From NCBI GenBank assembly GCA_022813965.1, contig JALDZS010000022.1:124001-188000 (forward strand): a DNA stretch of 64,000 nucleotides, given 5' to 3'. Positions 48,601 to 60,534 of this stretch are shown in pieces; within the stretch, counting starts at the first letter, position 1; each line of letters starts with the position of its first letter. This DNA comes from Toensbergia leucococca. Its lineage: Eukaryota. The position numbers and the translations under genes were made by a program. The notes beneath the pieces are model-generated. The model was not told the origin of the DNA. It did not search any database and saw only the letters and a list, made by a program, of their open reading frames with translations.

Positions 48601-51600
48601 CACCTTGATGAGAAGTCAACCGTGTCTTCCGTAGAATCTCTCAGAGACATGGAACCGGCGGAGATAGGTCAACTAGTTCATAACAATCGCATGGGAAGTA
48701 CGATATCGAAGCTACTCGACAATTTCGCGACATTGACTGTGGAGGCCGAAATTGCTCCTCTTAATCGCGATGTCCTTCGCATTCGCCTGTATCTGACTCC
48801 CGATTTCCGGTGGAACGACCGCCATAATGGATCATCTGAATCTTACTGGATTTGGGTCGAGAATTCCGAGACGTCTGAGATCTACCACCATGAATATTTC
48901 ATACTGAGTCGGAGAAAACTCTACGATGACCATGAGCTTAACTTTACGATTCCCTTATCAGATCCACTACCGACTCAGATCTACGTGAGGGCTATTTCAG
49001 ACCGATGGCTTGGAGCGGAGACGGTGACACCAGTCTCTTTCCAGCATCTGATCAGGCCCGATACCGAAAGCGTTTATACCGACTTACTTGATCTTCAGCC
49101 CCTTCCAATCTCTGCTTTAAGGAGTCCTTCACTTGAGGCTATCTATGGACAAAGATTTCAATTCTTCAATCCCATGCAGACTCAGATATTTCACACCCTC
49201 TACCATACGCCGGCGAATGTGTTATTAGGATCTCCGACCGGTAGTGGCAAGACCGTAGCAGCGGAGCTCGCCATGTGGTGGGCTTTTCGGGAGAAGCCTG
49301 GATCTAAGGTCGTCTACATTGCCCCGATGAAAGCACTCGTACGAGAGCGTGTCCAAGACTGGGGCCAACGACTTACTCATCAATTAGGATTAAAGCTTGT
49401 TGAGCTGACTGGCGACAACACCCCAGATACTCGAACAATAAGGGACGCTGATATCATCATCACCACACCCGAGAAATGGGACGGCATAAGCCGTAGCTGG
49501 CAAACCAGAGGTTACGTTCGGCAGGTGAGCCTGGTCGTCATTGATGAGATCCATCTACTCGGTGGAGACCGCGGACCTATCCTAGAAATAATTGTCTCTC
49601 GGATGAACTACATAGCGTCACAATCCAAGGGTTCTGTAAGACTCGTAGGTATGTCTACCGCGTGCGCGAACGCCATGGATCTAGGCAACTGGCTCGGCGT
49701 CAAAGAAGGTCTTTTCAATTTCCGTCATTCTGTACGTCCAGTGCCTCTGGAAATATTCATAGATGGCTTCCCTGAGCAGCGCGGATTTTGCCCGCTGATG
49801 CAATCAATGAATCGTCCGACGTTCTTAGCAATCAAGACACATTCGCCAGAGAAGCCAGTCATAGTCTTTGTTGCGTCACGAAGACAGACGCGTTTAACAG
49901 CCAAGGACCTTATTAATTTTTGTGGAATGGAAGACAATCCTCGCCGGTTTGTGCGAGTATCAGAAGACGACCTCCAGCTACACCTGTCGAGGGTTAAGGA
50001 TGATGCCTTACGCGAAGCACTGAGCTTTGGTATTGGCCTTCACCACGCAGGCCTCGTAGAGTCCGATAGGCAGTTAGCGGAAGAGCTCTTTGCGAACAAC
50101 AAGATCCAGATACTTATTGCCACTAGTACCCTCGCATGGGGCGTGAATTTACCTGCTCATTTGGTGGTTGTCAAGGGCACTCAGTTTTTCGATGCTAAGA
50201 TCGAAGGTTACAAAGACATGGACTTGACCGATGTCTTGCAGATGCTAGGTCGAGCAGGACGACCTCAATTCGACTCTTCTGGCATCGCACGCATTTTCAC
50301 ACAGGATGCCAAGAAGGCTTTCTATAAGCATTTTCTACATACCGGGTTCCCAGTAGAGTCCTCATTGCACAACGTCCTCGACAACCATCTGGGCGCCGAG
50401 GTTTCTGCAGGAACGATAGGTACTAGGCAAGACGCCTTGGACTATCTCACGTGGACCTTTTTCTTCCGCCGACTGCACAAAAATCCATCGTACTATGGCC
50501 TCGAAATCTCCACAGAAGAGCATAATACCAGTGCAGCGCAGGCATTGGCCAATGTGTACATGGTTGAAATTGTGGGAAAGTCTTTAGGGGAGCTTGCTGA
50601 ATCAAGCTGTATCACGCTTCACATGAATGGCGACGTAGACTCCACGCCGCTCGGCAAGATTATGAGTTATTACTATTTATCGCACAAGACAATCCGCCAC
50701 TTGATCACGCACGCGAAAGCTGAGGCGAGTTTCGAAGAAGTTTTGTCTTGGATGTGCTGCGCAACCGAATTCGATGAGCTGCCAGTCCGACACAATGAGG
50801 ACCTGATCAACACAGAGCTGTCGAAGAATCTCCCGATGCAGGCCGACACGTTTGGTCTTCCAATGTGGGATCCTCATGTCAAGGCTTTCCTCCTGCTTCA
50901 GGCGTACATGTCTCGGATTGACTTGCCAATCTCGGATTACGTGGGCGATCAAAATTCGGTCCTCGACCAGAGCATCCGTATCATTCAGGCTTCAATTGAT
51001 GTGCTGACTGAATTAGGCTATCTATCCAGCTGTGCCATGATGATAACCTTACTCCAGTGTATCAAGTCTGCTCGCTGGCCAGACGACGGACCTTTATCCA
51101 TCTTTCCAGGTGTAGATTTGGATAAAGAACGACAACGTGCAAAATTTCAAGACTTCCACCCACACTCGCTGATCGAAATCAGTGCTATGGGCAAGCCTGC
51201 ATTGGCAAGGCTTGTATCGAGTTTGGCTCTTCCTCAGGCTCACCACGCCCAGTTCACCCAAGCTGTCGGTGTCCTTCCCAATCTCAAGGTTAACGTTATG
51301 AACATCAATGCCGTCAGCCTTACCGTTGGTATTTCTCGCCTCAATCCTACTTCCCAAGTTAATTACCGCATCTGGGCACCCAAGTTCCCTAAGCCGCAAT
51401 CCGAGGGTTTCTTCATCGTTGTCGCAGATTCTACAAAGGATGAAATCCTGGCGCTGAAGAGAGTCAGCTGGCCATCCACGGAGCACCGTCGTGGCGATGC
51501 AAGCAAGCCAACCTCCAGGTCGGTATTGAAATTGCTACCGAGTGCGGCGGACAGAAAAGTTCATGTTAAGGTGGTGAGTGATGCGTATATACAGATGGTG

Positions 51601-51666
51601 TGGAAGATGGATGGAATTGAAGTACCAGCCGCGCCGCAGGTTGGGGACGATGGAAAAAAGCCATGA
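45688..51666 (+). CDS. SLH1: Ski2-like tandem helicase/Sec63 protein Slh1/Rqt2 (ASCC3 orthologue, S. pombe Mug81); intron 46076-46123
   Basis: Two helicase cassettes (APTGAGKT/DEVH and SPTGSGKT/DEIH), each followed by a Sec63 unit. YPHVY N-terminal motif. The intact second cassette favours Slh1/ASCC3 over Brr2. Confidence 0.9.
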
Positions 51667-51992
51667 CCTCCGCAATGATGCCTGTATATAATATGACCTA
51701 TGTAAGCGTGTGTCCCATTTACACTATGCAACATGTTGTCTGATTTTCGCTGTATTTGTTCAGGGACATGTTCATCAGACTGGTCTCTCGTGTTGTGTCC
51801 AATGTGCAGTTGCAAGCGCAACTAGAGCCAGTATATTCCGGTTCTATGAAACCGAGAACTCAAGATCTCATGCTTTTACTTTTTCGATTCTCCTAGAGTG
51901 CTACCTCAATAGATTATTGTACATGCAAAAGTAAAGATCGGTTACCAAAACATTTCCTAAGATTTGTCGAATCAAACTAGAAGAGAAATTTG

Positions 51993-53705
51993 TCACACTT
52001 GTTCAACAAGCGCGTGATGAGACTTTCTTGAACCATGACTATGTTGCACATCGACAAGCCTAGGTTGCATTGGCTGCCGAGCTGTGCGTGGCACAATTGG
52101 GTCCAGTAACTCCCGTTGCCGCCGTGAAATGGAGATCTGTCGGGCAACGGACACTTCCGAGGTATTTCTGATATAGCCATCTGCCGGATTCGGTTGATTG
52201 GGCGTGATTGCCAGGGCTTCAGGCGATGGAATAATGATTTCGCTTTGAGGAGATTCAAGGTTCGTTGATGGAGCTTGTATGGAAGCTCCAGTCACCGTAA
52301 TTTGTGGCGGTGAGACTCTCCCATCCTGAGGCGGAACAGACAGATCGAGTGTCTTGACAGCTGAATCAGTGCCGTCAGAAAATTCAATGTCTGCCGAGGA
52401 CGGTGAAAAGTGGAAATCGTCAGAGGTCCAACTCAACTCTGGTGAGCGTGCTAGTGCCCTCGACGAAAGCGCAGGGCTTCGGAGCATGACAACGAGGTGA
52501 TTCTGCTCTTGAAGATTAGGTGATTCGAAATGGGCATGAATCGGCGACGAAGCCGCCGGAGTCGTTGCTGATCGATATAAGGGGCTTGGCTTCAGAATTG
52601 GCTTGGTGATTACATTTTGACCCAAATTTGGCGGAGTTGACGGAAACAAAGAGGATGAAATTGATCCGGCTGGGGACGGAGAAATCGCTCTACGAGTAGG
52701 GTTCACAAGCTCATTAGTTCGCTGGGGATGGTCTGCCTGTAAGAATCTAATCAGTCCTTTTTATCAAAGAATTCAGAGCACTACATTGCTTACCTGATGA
52801 TCGTTGTTCTCGTCTGCTTTGAGTTTCTCCATAGTACCTTGTCTTCGAACGAGAAGTGAAGACGAATGCGCGGGTTTTATGAGACTCCCAAACATTACAC
52901 TATAGCGCTCCATCTCTACGTTCGGGATTTCCACCTGCAGCAGAGGCCCTCCATTCGGCTGCAATCTCAAAGCCTTACCACGATCTTTAGGTGGAGGCGC
53001 AGGGGTTTTCTCTCGGCTTCGTTGTAGGGGCGCAGTTTGTGATCGCTTGATTTCTAGCTTGCTATCCATTCGGTGGTCCCTCTTCTGGGGTCGATATCTT
53101 TGGACCTTTTTCTCTCGACCCGTTTCAATGTGATGCTGGGGGACAATAAGTTCTGGCTGAGGGGAGTTCTGGGACGTTTCCTGTAACAGGTAGAATGGCG
53201 AAGCTGGAGCTGACAGGGTCTTCTTCCCGAAGAGACCACCAAGAAGCTTCCACCTGTTGCCCGTGTGCTTCGCGGTAGCTCTCTCATCACCAGTCAAGCA
53301 AGCATCTTCTCGTGTCGATGTGCATGATTTCAGATGCTTATTGGTAAGTGGGAGACGTTTTCCCCAGGCCTCCTGTGGGAGCGGTGGTAGAGGATTCTCA
53401 CTAAAGTTTCCCAGCGCAACTCCGATGACCATGCTGTCTGGAAGCGTACCGTGCTTGAGACATGAAGCTGAAGGGATCTCGACAACCTGGACCGGCTCAC
53501 TTTTCACCCGAAATACAAGAGCATCACCCTCAGAACCTCTATCAGTTGCACATTCTATAGTGCTAGCATCTGATGGAGAGTCATTTCGCACAACGTTAGT
53601 ACGATGGCAGCGTGTGGAGGGAACATCTTTCTCTTCACTAGACTCAGCATCGACTAGTCTCGACCGGAGTGATCTCGACCTAAATAGGAATGATGCTTTG
53701 GCCAT
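51993..53705 (-). CDS. Hypothetical low-complexity Ser/Pro-rich protein; intron 52737-52793
   Basis: Two long ORFs joined in frame by a gtaagc..acag intron. Conserved-looking islands MVIGVALG, RWKLLGGLFGKK, LLQVEIPNVEMERYSVMFGSL, EVSVARQISISRRQR. Confidence 0.75.
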
Positions 53706-54751
53706 ACTCTAGGAAGTGCACAAGGTGACTGTCTTGAACGTGATTGGTATGCTAGAAAGTTGAGGCTGGAGGGCATAAGGAATTTTGGAATGTTCGTTGC
53801 GGCCGATTGCCTCTAGAATAGAAGCAAGGAACCACTAACGGCTGTGAGATGTATGTACGATGAAAAATTTTATATAATGCTGATACTTTGGTATGCGTCC
53901 AGCTTGGGAGGCTTCAAGGAAAGTTACAGATCAGCAAAGAAGAGCTCGCCGACAGTAAGGCTGATATGAGCGGGCCTTTGAAATAGATGAACGAGTGACG
54001 AATTGACAATTTGACGGGATGTGACATTTGACTGCAAGGAAGGTTGATAGCCAGGCCGTGGCCGTGGGTTGGCAGAGAAGCAAAAGCAACGATGAGATGA
54101 AATGAAGGACGGCACTTATTTACTACAGGCTTGATCAATTAACTAGTTGAAACCTCAGCACCCGTTCTTTCTCAGTGGTACTATTATTGTGCTTGTCGCG
54201 CCAGTAAGGTCCCAATCTGAGGCGGGTAGAGTGCATTTCAGTGGTGTCTCGAATTTGATTTGTTTCAAGCTTGGCAAATGAGATGAATTTGACTAGCCTT
54301 CAATTTCCCTAGACATCGGGATGTAGAATACACTCTTGAAGTACTGTACTCGGCCATGAAATCCTTTGTGAGTCCGGCTGAGCTACTACGAGAAGAGTGC
54401 TAGTTATGGGGAAGATACGGAGTGCAAGTAGGAATGCTACAACGTTTCTTACTAATATATCGTAATTTACAGTAGAATACAATGCTTACGGTATCACCTT
54501 ATCTCATGTGTCAATCACCAAAGTGGGCTATGCTTGATCCGTCCACTTGGCGGGGTTGCGCGGCACCTGACATCAACCATTTGCCCAGAAGAATTCCGTT
54601 AAGACCGATACCGAGTTAGGTATCTTACAGATCAAAGAAGAGATAGGAAAGCCTTTTCATACACGCGCGCCAGGAATATCTACAAAATCCGCTACCACTA
54701 CCATTGACGTTCACCTATCTCCTCGCTCTAAACTTCTCTCGACAAGTTGCC

Positions 54752-55450
54752 ATGTCGTGGAAAGGTAGGCAGCAAAGAAATCTTCATGCATCGAAGGCTA
54801 ACCAAACGAACTTCAATAGCATATGTTGACACAAGGTAATACTCGACCCAGCACAACCTCGAGGTCCTGTGGCTAATCAGGCCGCAGCCTTGTCGGTTCA
54901 GGCAATGTCGATAAAGCTGCTATTTTCAATTCTGAGGGTAACAGTGTCTGGGCCACTTCCACTGGCTTCAACGTGCGTTGCCCCATTTTCGCATGCGGAC
55001 TTTACAGTGCCTTGAACGTACCATCAATAACTCACTATTTCGATGGTATTTTTATTGTTTCGGATGGAAGACACGATCTTTGTATTAATTACTGACTTAG
55101 TCACTAGGTTGCGCCAGCTGAAATAAAAGATGTTGTCAACTCGTATACGGACAAAGGAGATCCCAAAAAGGTTCAGAGTTCAGGCTTCCACATTGCAGGA
55201 GAGCGATACGTAACCATAAAAGCTGATGACAGGAGTTTATACGGGAAAAAGGTAAAAAGGGTTCTAATTGCATTCTATGTTAATGTTCGAGGCTGATGTC
55301 AATACATCAATCCAGGGAAAGGAAGGCGTTGTCATCGTCAAGACCCAGCAGGCAATTCTCGTTACGCACTACCCGGAGAGTGTACAACCTGGCGCTGCGG
55401 CCAACATTGTCGAGCAACTTGGTGATTATCTGATCAGCGTGGGCTACTGA
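54752..55450 (+). CDS. PFY1: Profilin, multi-exon
   Basis: Spliced [68 protein letters not shown]. Confidence 0.92.
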
Positions 55451-55766
55451 GCAGTCGCACGGCTTTACATTTCAGTAAGATTGATGATGCTGTAATCTAC
55501 AAGCACACCTCTTTGAGGACTATACCCGGTAAATAGATGGAGCGAATGCCACACGATTTCCCAAATTTAGCTTCCGCGATGCGAGATTCCAGCCAACACC
55601 ACGCAACTGGTCCTTTGCTCAGCAACTTCAGTGCCAATGTCTTGGTGGGATCAGTGACTCAGAATGGCACTATTTGTCAAGGGGCTGTTCCTGGCTGGAC
55701 AATTCTTGAACTGGGGTCGCGTATGTCTCTTTGCGTCCTATATGCAACCCTCTTTCGTCCAGAGTA

Positions 55767-56444
55767 TCATACAGGCAATTCTGCGTTTCTTCTCCCGCCT
55801 CCTATCCTGTCCAGTGCCTGTTGTATATATGGACCCACTACGGGAACATTTCCCGCGAACCCTCCTATCGTCGAGAAGAAATCTCCGAAGAGAATAAAGA
55901 TCCCATATAGTTCTATCAGAAAGCCTACCAGAGGCCACCGTAGTAATATAAGTACAATTCCTACAACGAACGCTGCAGTGCCCTTCAACTTCTGTCGTCG
56001 CGCGAAAAATAGTGCTGTCTTTTGAAGACCGATAATGAGGGTAAGACCGAGTAAGAAGAGGACCTAGAGAGTAAAATCGATTAGAAAGGGCGTTAACATA
56101 CAAGTGAAGTTTGAATCCTGTCATACATTGCCCATGGCAAGCCTGGTCATGATCAGCAGTGGTACAAAGATAATAAATCCTGAATGAGGGAGCTCAAGCT
56201 CACATAGCTCTATCGAAGAACATAATGACCCCTCCTGTCAGGAAGAAGCCCCCTGAAGCGTCGTTTCAGCTATGATCACTATAGACTGGCGAGCTTTGTA
56301 TCCATACCTACCCCCTGAGCAGAAGGCTACTCCAATTTCTATATTAAACCCATCATTAGCAGAATGCCTCTCATTGTAGGTCAGTCGAGTATTTGACAGA
56401 TTGGTAAGCATACTTTGCGTATCTGAAAGCCACATAGTAGGCAT
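55767..56444 (-). CDS. GOT1: Golgi transport protein Got1, multi-exon
   Basis: MWLSDTQKIGVAFCSGG..FFDRAMLAMGN..FFARRQKLKGT..IELYGIFILFGDFF. Confidence 0.9.
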
Positions 56445-56615
56445 CTCGGTCAATTTTAAAATCCCAAGCTGCTGGCCTGGTAATGGCTGTAGTAAGAAAT
56501 GAGGCCACAAAGTGTGTAATTGACAATTGTATTCCTTGGTGCGAGTAAACACATCTAGCTTTTCGTAAGTTACATGCATTGATACCTACTCCGTACAGAT
56601 AATGTGTTTGTAATT

Positions 56616-57232
56616 GGCTCCTGATACATGGACGCCCCTTTTTGATACATTGACGCCCCCCCCTCGGGCCCAATACCACCGAGGGAAAATCTATCATTTT
56701 GCACCACATCTTGCCTTGATTCCCCACCACTTTGCAAGCCAAATACCTGTTCCATTTGCGTGCCATGTAGAAGCCAAATTACCTAGGAGAAAAACCATGC
56801 TTTTCTACCACATCCTGACTTGGTTCCCCCACCCGCGGGCGCACGATCACCCCCCGGGCGCAAAAAATCATAATTTTGCAAGCTATCTACCTCCTTCTAA
56901 AATCATGAAATACTCTGTTATTCACAGGCACGGTGACGTTCACATTCGCTCCTGCACCTCCTCATGAGGTGGAGGTAGATCAAAATCCATGGTATTGCGC
57001 CCGGGGTGGAAAAGTCAGTGAAAACGTGGTATGATATCAGGATGTTCCCTACTGCAGTGGAGGTGATAGATGGCATGCAAATGGAACAGGTAATTGACTT
57101 GCGAAGTGATGGGGAATCGAGGCAAGATGTGGTGCAAAATGATAGATTTTCCCTCGGTGGTATTGGGCCGAGGGGGGGGGTTGGGGGGGGGGCGTCAATG
57201 TATCAAAAAGGGGCGTCCATGTATCAGGAGCC
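56616..57232. mobile_element. Non-autonomous foldback/MITE-like element (Mutator-like), 617 bp, >150 bp TIRs, 8-bp TSD TTGTAATT
   Basis: Starts GGCTCCTGATACATGGACGCCCC and ends GGGGCGTCCATGTATCAGGAGCC. ttgtaatt at 56608-56615 and 57233-57240. Confidence 0.92.
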
Positions 57233-58892
57233 TTGTAATTTATAGGTGCTTTTCAATGCATACAACACCACTAGTCTTGAAAGAGATTATGTACTCGTAC
57301 AAATGCGATCCTGAGTCAACATCAATACAGTGACCGCTGCAATTCTTCAGCATTAGAGCTCTACGAGTACACATTATTGAATATTAACAATTCCTGTATG
57401 AAGTCAGACCTTAAGATTAAGCCAACTGGTGAGTATGTATCGGAAGGGAGGAAACACCGGATTAGCAAATACCCAAGATTCCGCCCAAGGTTCCGCCCAA
57501 GCCTGGCTAAGCTCATCTTTTCGAGCACAGTTAATACCATTGAAAACTCCTACTTAGGCAATTTCTACCTTTCTTGACTACGACAGAAATGTACATTTCG
57601 CTCCCACTATGAAGCTTGAAGAGCTCAAAGGAGTAAGTCTAACATCAGCAACTTTACTGTTGCTGGGTTATGATCCAGATAGCATTACTTTCTCCTGCAG
57701 ATGATCATAAAAGATGGGATCAATGAGGAAACGCCAAAAAATCTGCCTGGGCTCGCTACATCAAGTAAATATGGGAAGAACATAACAATTTCGTCGACAT
57801 GTTCCGGAAGCTACGCCAAGGGGAAAGTGTGACATCAAAATCAAGAATGTAGATACGGAGACGAGTGGCCTTTGCCTTGGGAATAGATGCCGGAAAGAGG
57901 AGAGATGTTCGATGAACTTACTACTCGATGACCGGAAAGGAGAGCTTCTCCCTGGCTTGGTTAATATGATTGAGACAATTAAGGAAGTGAAACGCGGTGA
58001 TGCAGTAAGCGGCAAAAAATCTTGAGGAGTCATTCGAAGGAATCATGGCTCGTGATTTAGGAGAGTGGAGATAGGGCAAAGAAGATGGGGAGAAATCTTG
58101 CTAAACATGATGTAAGTTCAAATTGACAGAGCTCAGAAGACGTCAATGATCTATCAAACCCCATCTTTCATGGACTGCAAGGGTCTGACAGACGGCGTAT
58201 GCAAGCTTGGGCCAATGGTCGATGACTTTCTACCGGTCTCTCGAGTTGCAAATAGGTCCATAGGTAGTACATATGATAATGATTCTTTTATCGCTTTTGG
58301 TTCTCACGCTAATACTTCAACATATTGCAAGGGGTACCATTGGCCTCACTCATGCAGACCTTCGTAAGAATCTGATTATCTAATTTTGCCCGCGATGCGA
58401 GACCTCTAGGCTTAAGTTGATACAAACAGGCACCCACAGTATGGCTGAGACATAGGCGTTTCAATTTCTATCCTCCTAAAGAGAAGTTCGGTATTCGAAG
58501 GTTCACCAGTGGCAGTGGCATAGCAATCACACACTTGGGATTCTACAACGCCATGGCGACAGTATATTCACATGCACTGTAACTGATCCCCAATTCTTCA
58601 CTATGGGCTCATCGGTATTTTGTCAATCAGGCGAAGAACAAAGTTTGTCACAATTAAGCCGGAGCGCCTTCTTGAGCCTTGTGCCCGAAAGGGACAACGC
58701 GGGTGGAAGGAGTTTGACTTTGATGGCCACACAGCAATTGTTGATTGCAGTCCTGCGTCTAGCCATTCTGTCGCCTTTCGATGCATGATCTTCATAATGG
58801 GTCGATAAAGTGGATATAGGCGAGAAATGTGGAAGGACGTCCATTCGGTGGCGGAAAGTTTATATTCAGATTAATCATTGATAATGACAAGC

Positions 58893-59462
58893 CTATTTCA
58901 GGACCACATGGGCTCCACGAGCTTCGAGGTACTTCTCTGCAACACCTTGGGATAGAGTCCTAACCAATGCAAAGATTTCCTTATTATGATATCTCAATCT
59001 AGTCTTTGGATCCGTGTAAGGAGCCGGCAACCCGGTAATGTCGCAATAATGCTTTTGATGGGCTGGATGGAGTGAAGGGGCGGACTCGATATTTGTGTAT
59101 GTTGCCACAGGACCAGATGAAATTGAAGCCTGCAGATTTCGTTCCAGGACCAACGTAGAAAGGCTTTGAGAGGCCTGTGTGATATTGGAATTCTCAGCGG
59201 GGTTGCTAGGCTGGGGCGTGGCTACTCCTGTGCCTTGAGCAGAAGTCTGCGGTTGAGGGGTGGAAGTGCCACTGTTGCTTTGAGTCGCCAATACGGAGGC
59301 TTCTTTGCGCGATGCCTCTGCAATGATCTGCTTGATGTTTTTGTTACGTCGCTGGGATGGCTTCCATTGAGGATTTCTGAATGGTCGCGGTACAAGGGTG
59401 AGATCCAGCTGATCGAGTAGCCGTTGATGCGAGTCATCGGTAGATGGTGTCAATGGAGGCAT
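58893..59462 (-). CDS. IES6: INO80 complex subunit Ies6 (YL1-C domain)
   Basis: RPFRNP..RRNKNIKQI, TYTNIESAPSL, YCDITGLPAPYTDPKTRLRYH, YLEARGAHVVLK. Confidence 0.93.
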   Translation of the reverse strand: MPPLTPSTDDSHQRLLDQLDLTLVPRPFRNPQWKPSQRRNKNIKQIIAEASRKEASVLATQSNSGTSTPQPQTSAQGTGVATPQPSNPAENSNITQASQSLSTLVLERNLQASISSGPVATYTNIESAPSLHPAHQKHYCDITGLPAPYTDPKTRLRYHNKEIFALVRTLSQGVAEKYLEARGAHVVLK

Positions 59463-60534
59463 CTCGAAGTTGTGCGAACAACAGGATATCAAGGCCCTAG
59501 TGTGGACTCGTATGAATTGGAGGTACTCGATTGAAATCCAGAATGGTGATCGTAAGTGCTTTTCAACTGTGGGAACAAGTAAAACTATTTAGAACCTAAG
59601 TCACGTAAAACCGGCTAACTCCACAGAGTAGCTTTGTATTAATACCTTCGAAGTTGTCTTGGTTGTGCTCTGACTCTCAGCCTCAACAACTAGCGTCACT
59701 GGCGTGTTGATTTGAATCAAGCGCGTCCTAGCCGGAAGTCAATCACGAGCATATTGGAGCCGCAAAGGTCTTGTTGGCTGAGCGAGCATATATTAGGAGG
59801 AAGTAAGCTCCGAAGAGCTTTGCAATGGTGAGCCTCTGTGTGATCACTTATCAGCGTCTTCGCCTGATCAATCGATGGCTTCAAAGGAGAGTCCACATGA
59901 GCATCAACAAAGCCTGCTGTTGTCACGAATTATCGCCAACGTTGTAAGCTCTGGGGACGAGCCTTTTTGTATTGTGTTAGTTCTTCTACTCACGCTCCGT
60001 CCCAGGAGAAGCTCAACGAGGCGGTGATGGCCCTAAACAGGAACCTTCAGGTCCTCATACGCGTCGGGCAGCCCATGAACTTAATAGACTAAGTATTACC
60101 AGGACATTAATATTCAGAACATGAATGTTGAGCTTGTGGCTCAGATGTTCAAGAATTATCAGTCAAATGTTCTCTTTCACCTCGAAGGTCAGTATTCAAG
60201 TATTTGGCTCCTCATCTTTGACATTTATTGATCTGATTTTCAGCTACGGAGTGCTTGAAGGATCCTTCATGATTTGGTTGGTACTCGTATGACTCGGCAT
60301 TTCGATTGTACACGTGCTGCTGTAAATTGGCCGAAATTGGTATGATAGTACTTATGACATGGAAATTGGAGGTTATGACATTTGATAGAATACGTGCCGT
60401 ACTCGTAGAATACAAGAGTAGATGGACACGACCGGGCACATTTTATACACCTACTCCGTACTCCGTACGCCCGGTCAACAATTAGAATGTGAGGATGCCT
60501 CATGCAACCATCACCACATGAGTGCTTGAATAAA

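Noticed and set aside
45688..51666. Brr2 assignment for the tandem helicase
   Set aside because: The intact second-cassette Walker motifs (GSGKT, DEIH) and N-terminal region fit Slh1/ASCC3 better
40865..56444. Apparent trafficking cluster (Rab, YKT6, profilin, GOT1)
   Set aside because: Interspersed with unrelated genes, and the category is common enough to co-occur by chance
56371..57333. ORFs with near-identical peptides on opposite strands (MEQV..SRQDVVQNDRFSLGGIGP; GKMWCKMIDFPSVVLG)
   Set aside because: Artefacts of the two inverted arms of the foldback element, not genes
57609..57832. Possible small spliced ORF (ATGAAGCTT..gtaagt..ctgcag)
   Set aside because: Short, no recognisable protein similarity, cannot be supported
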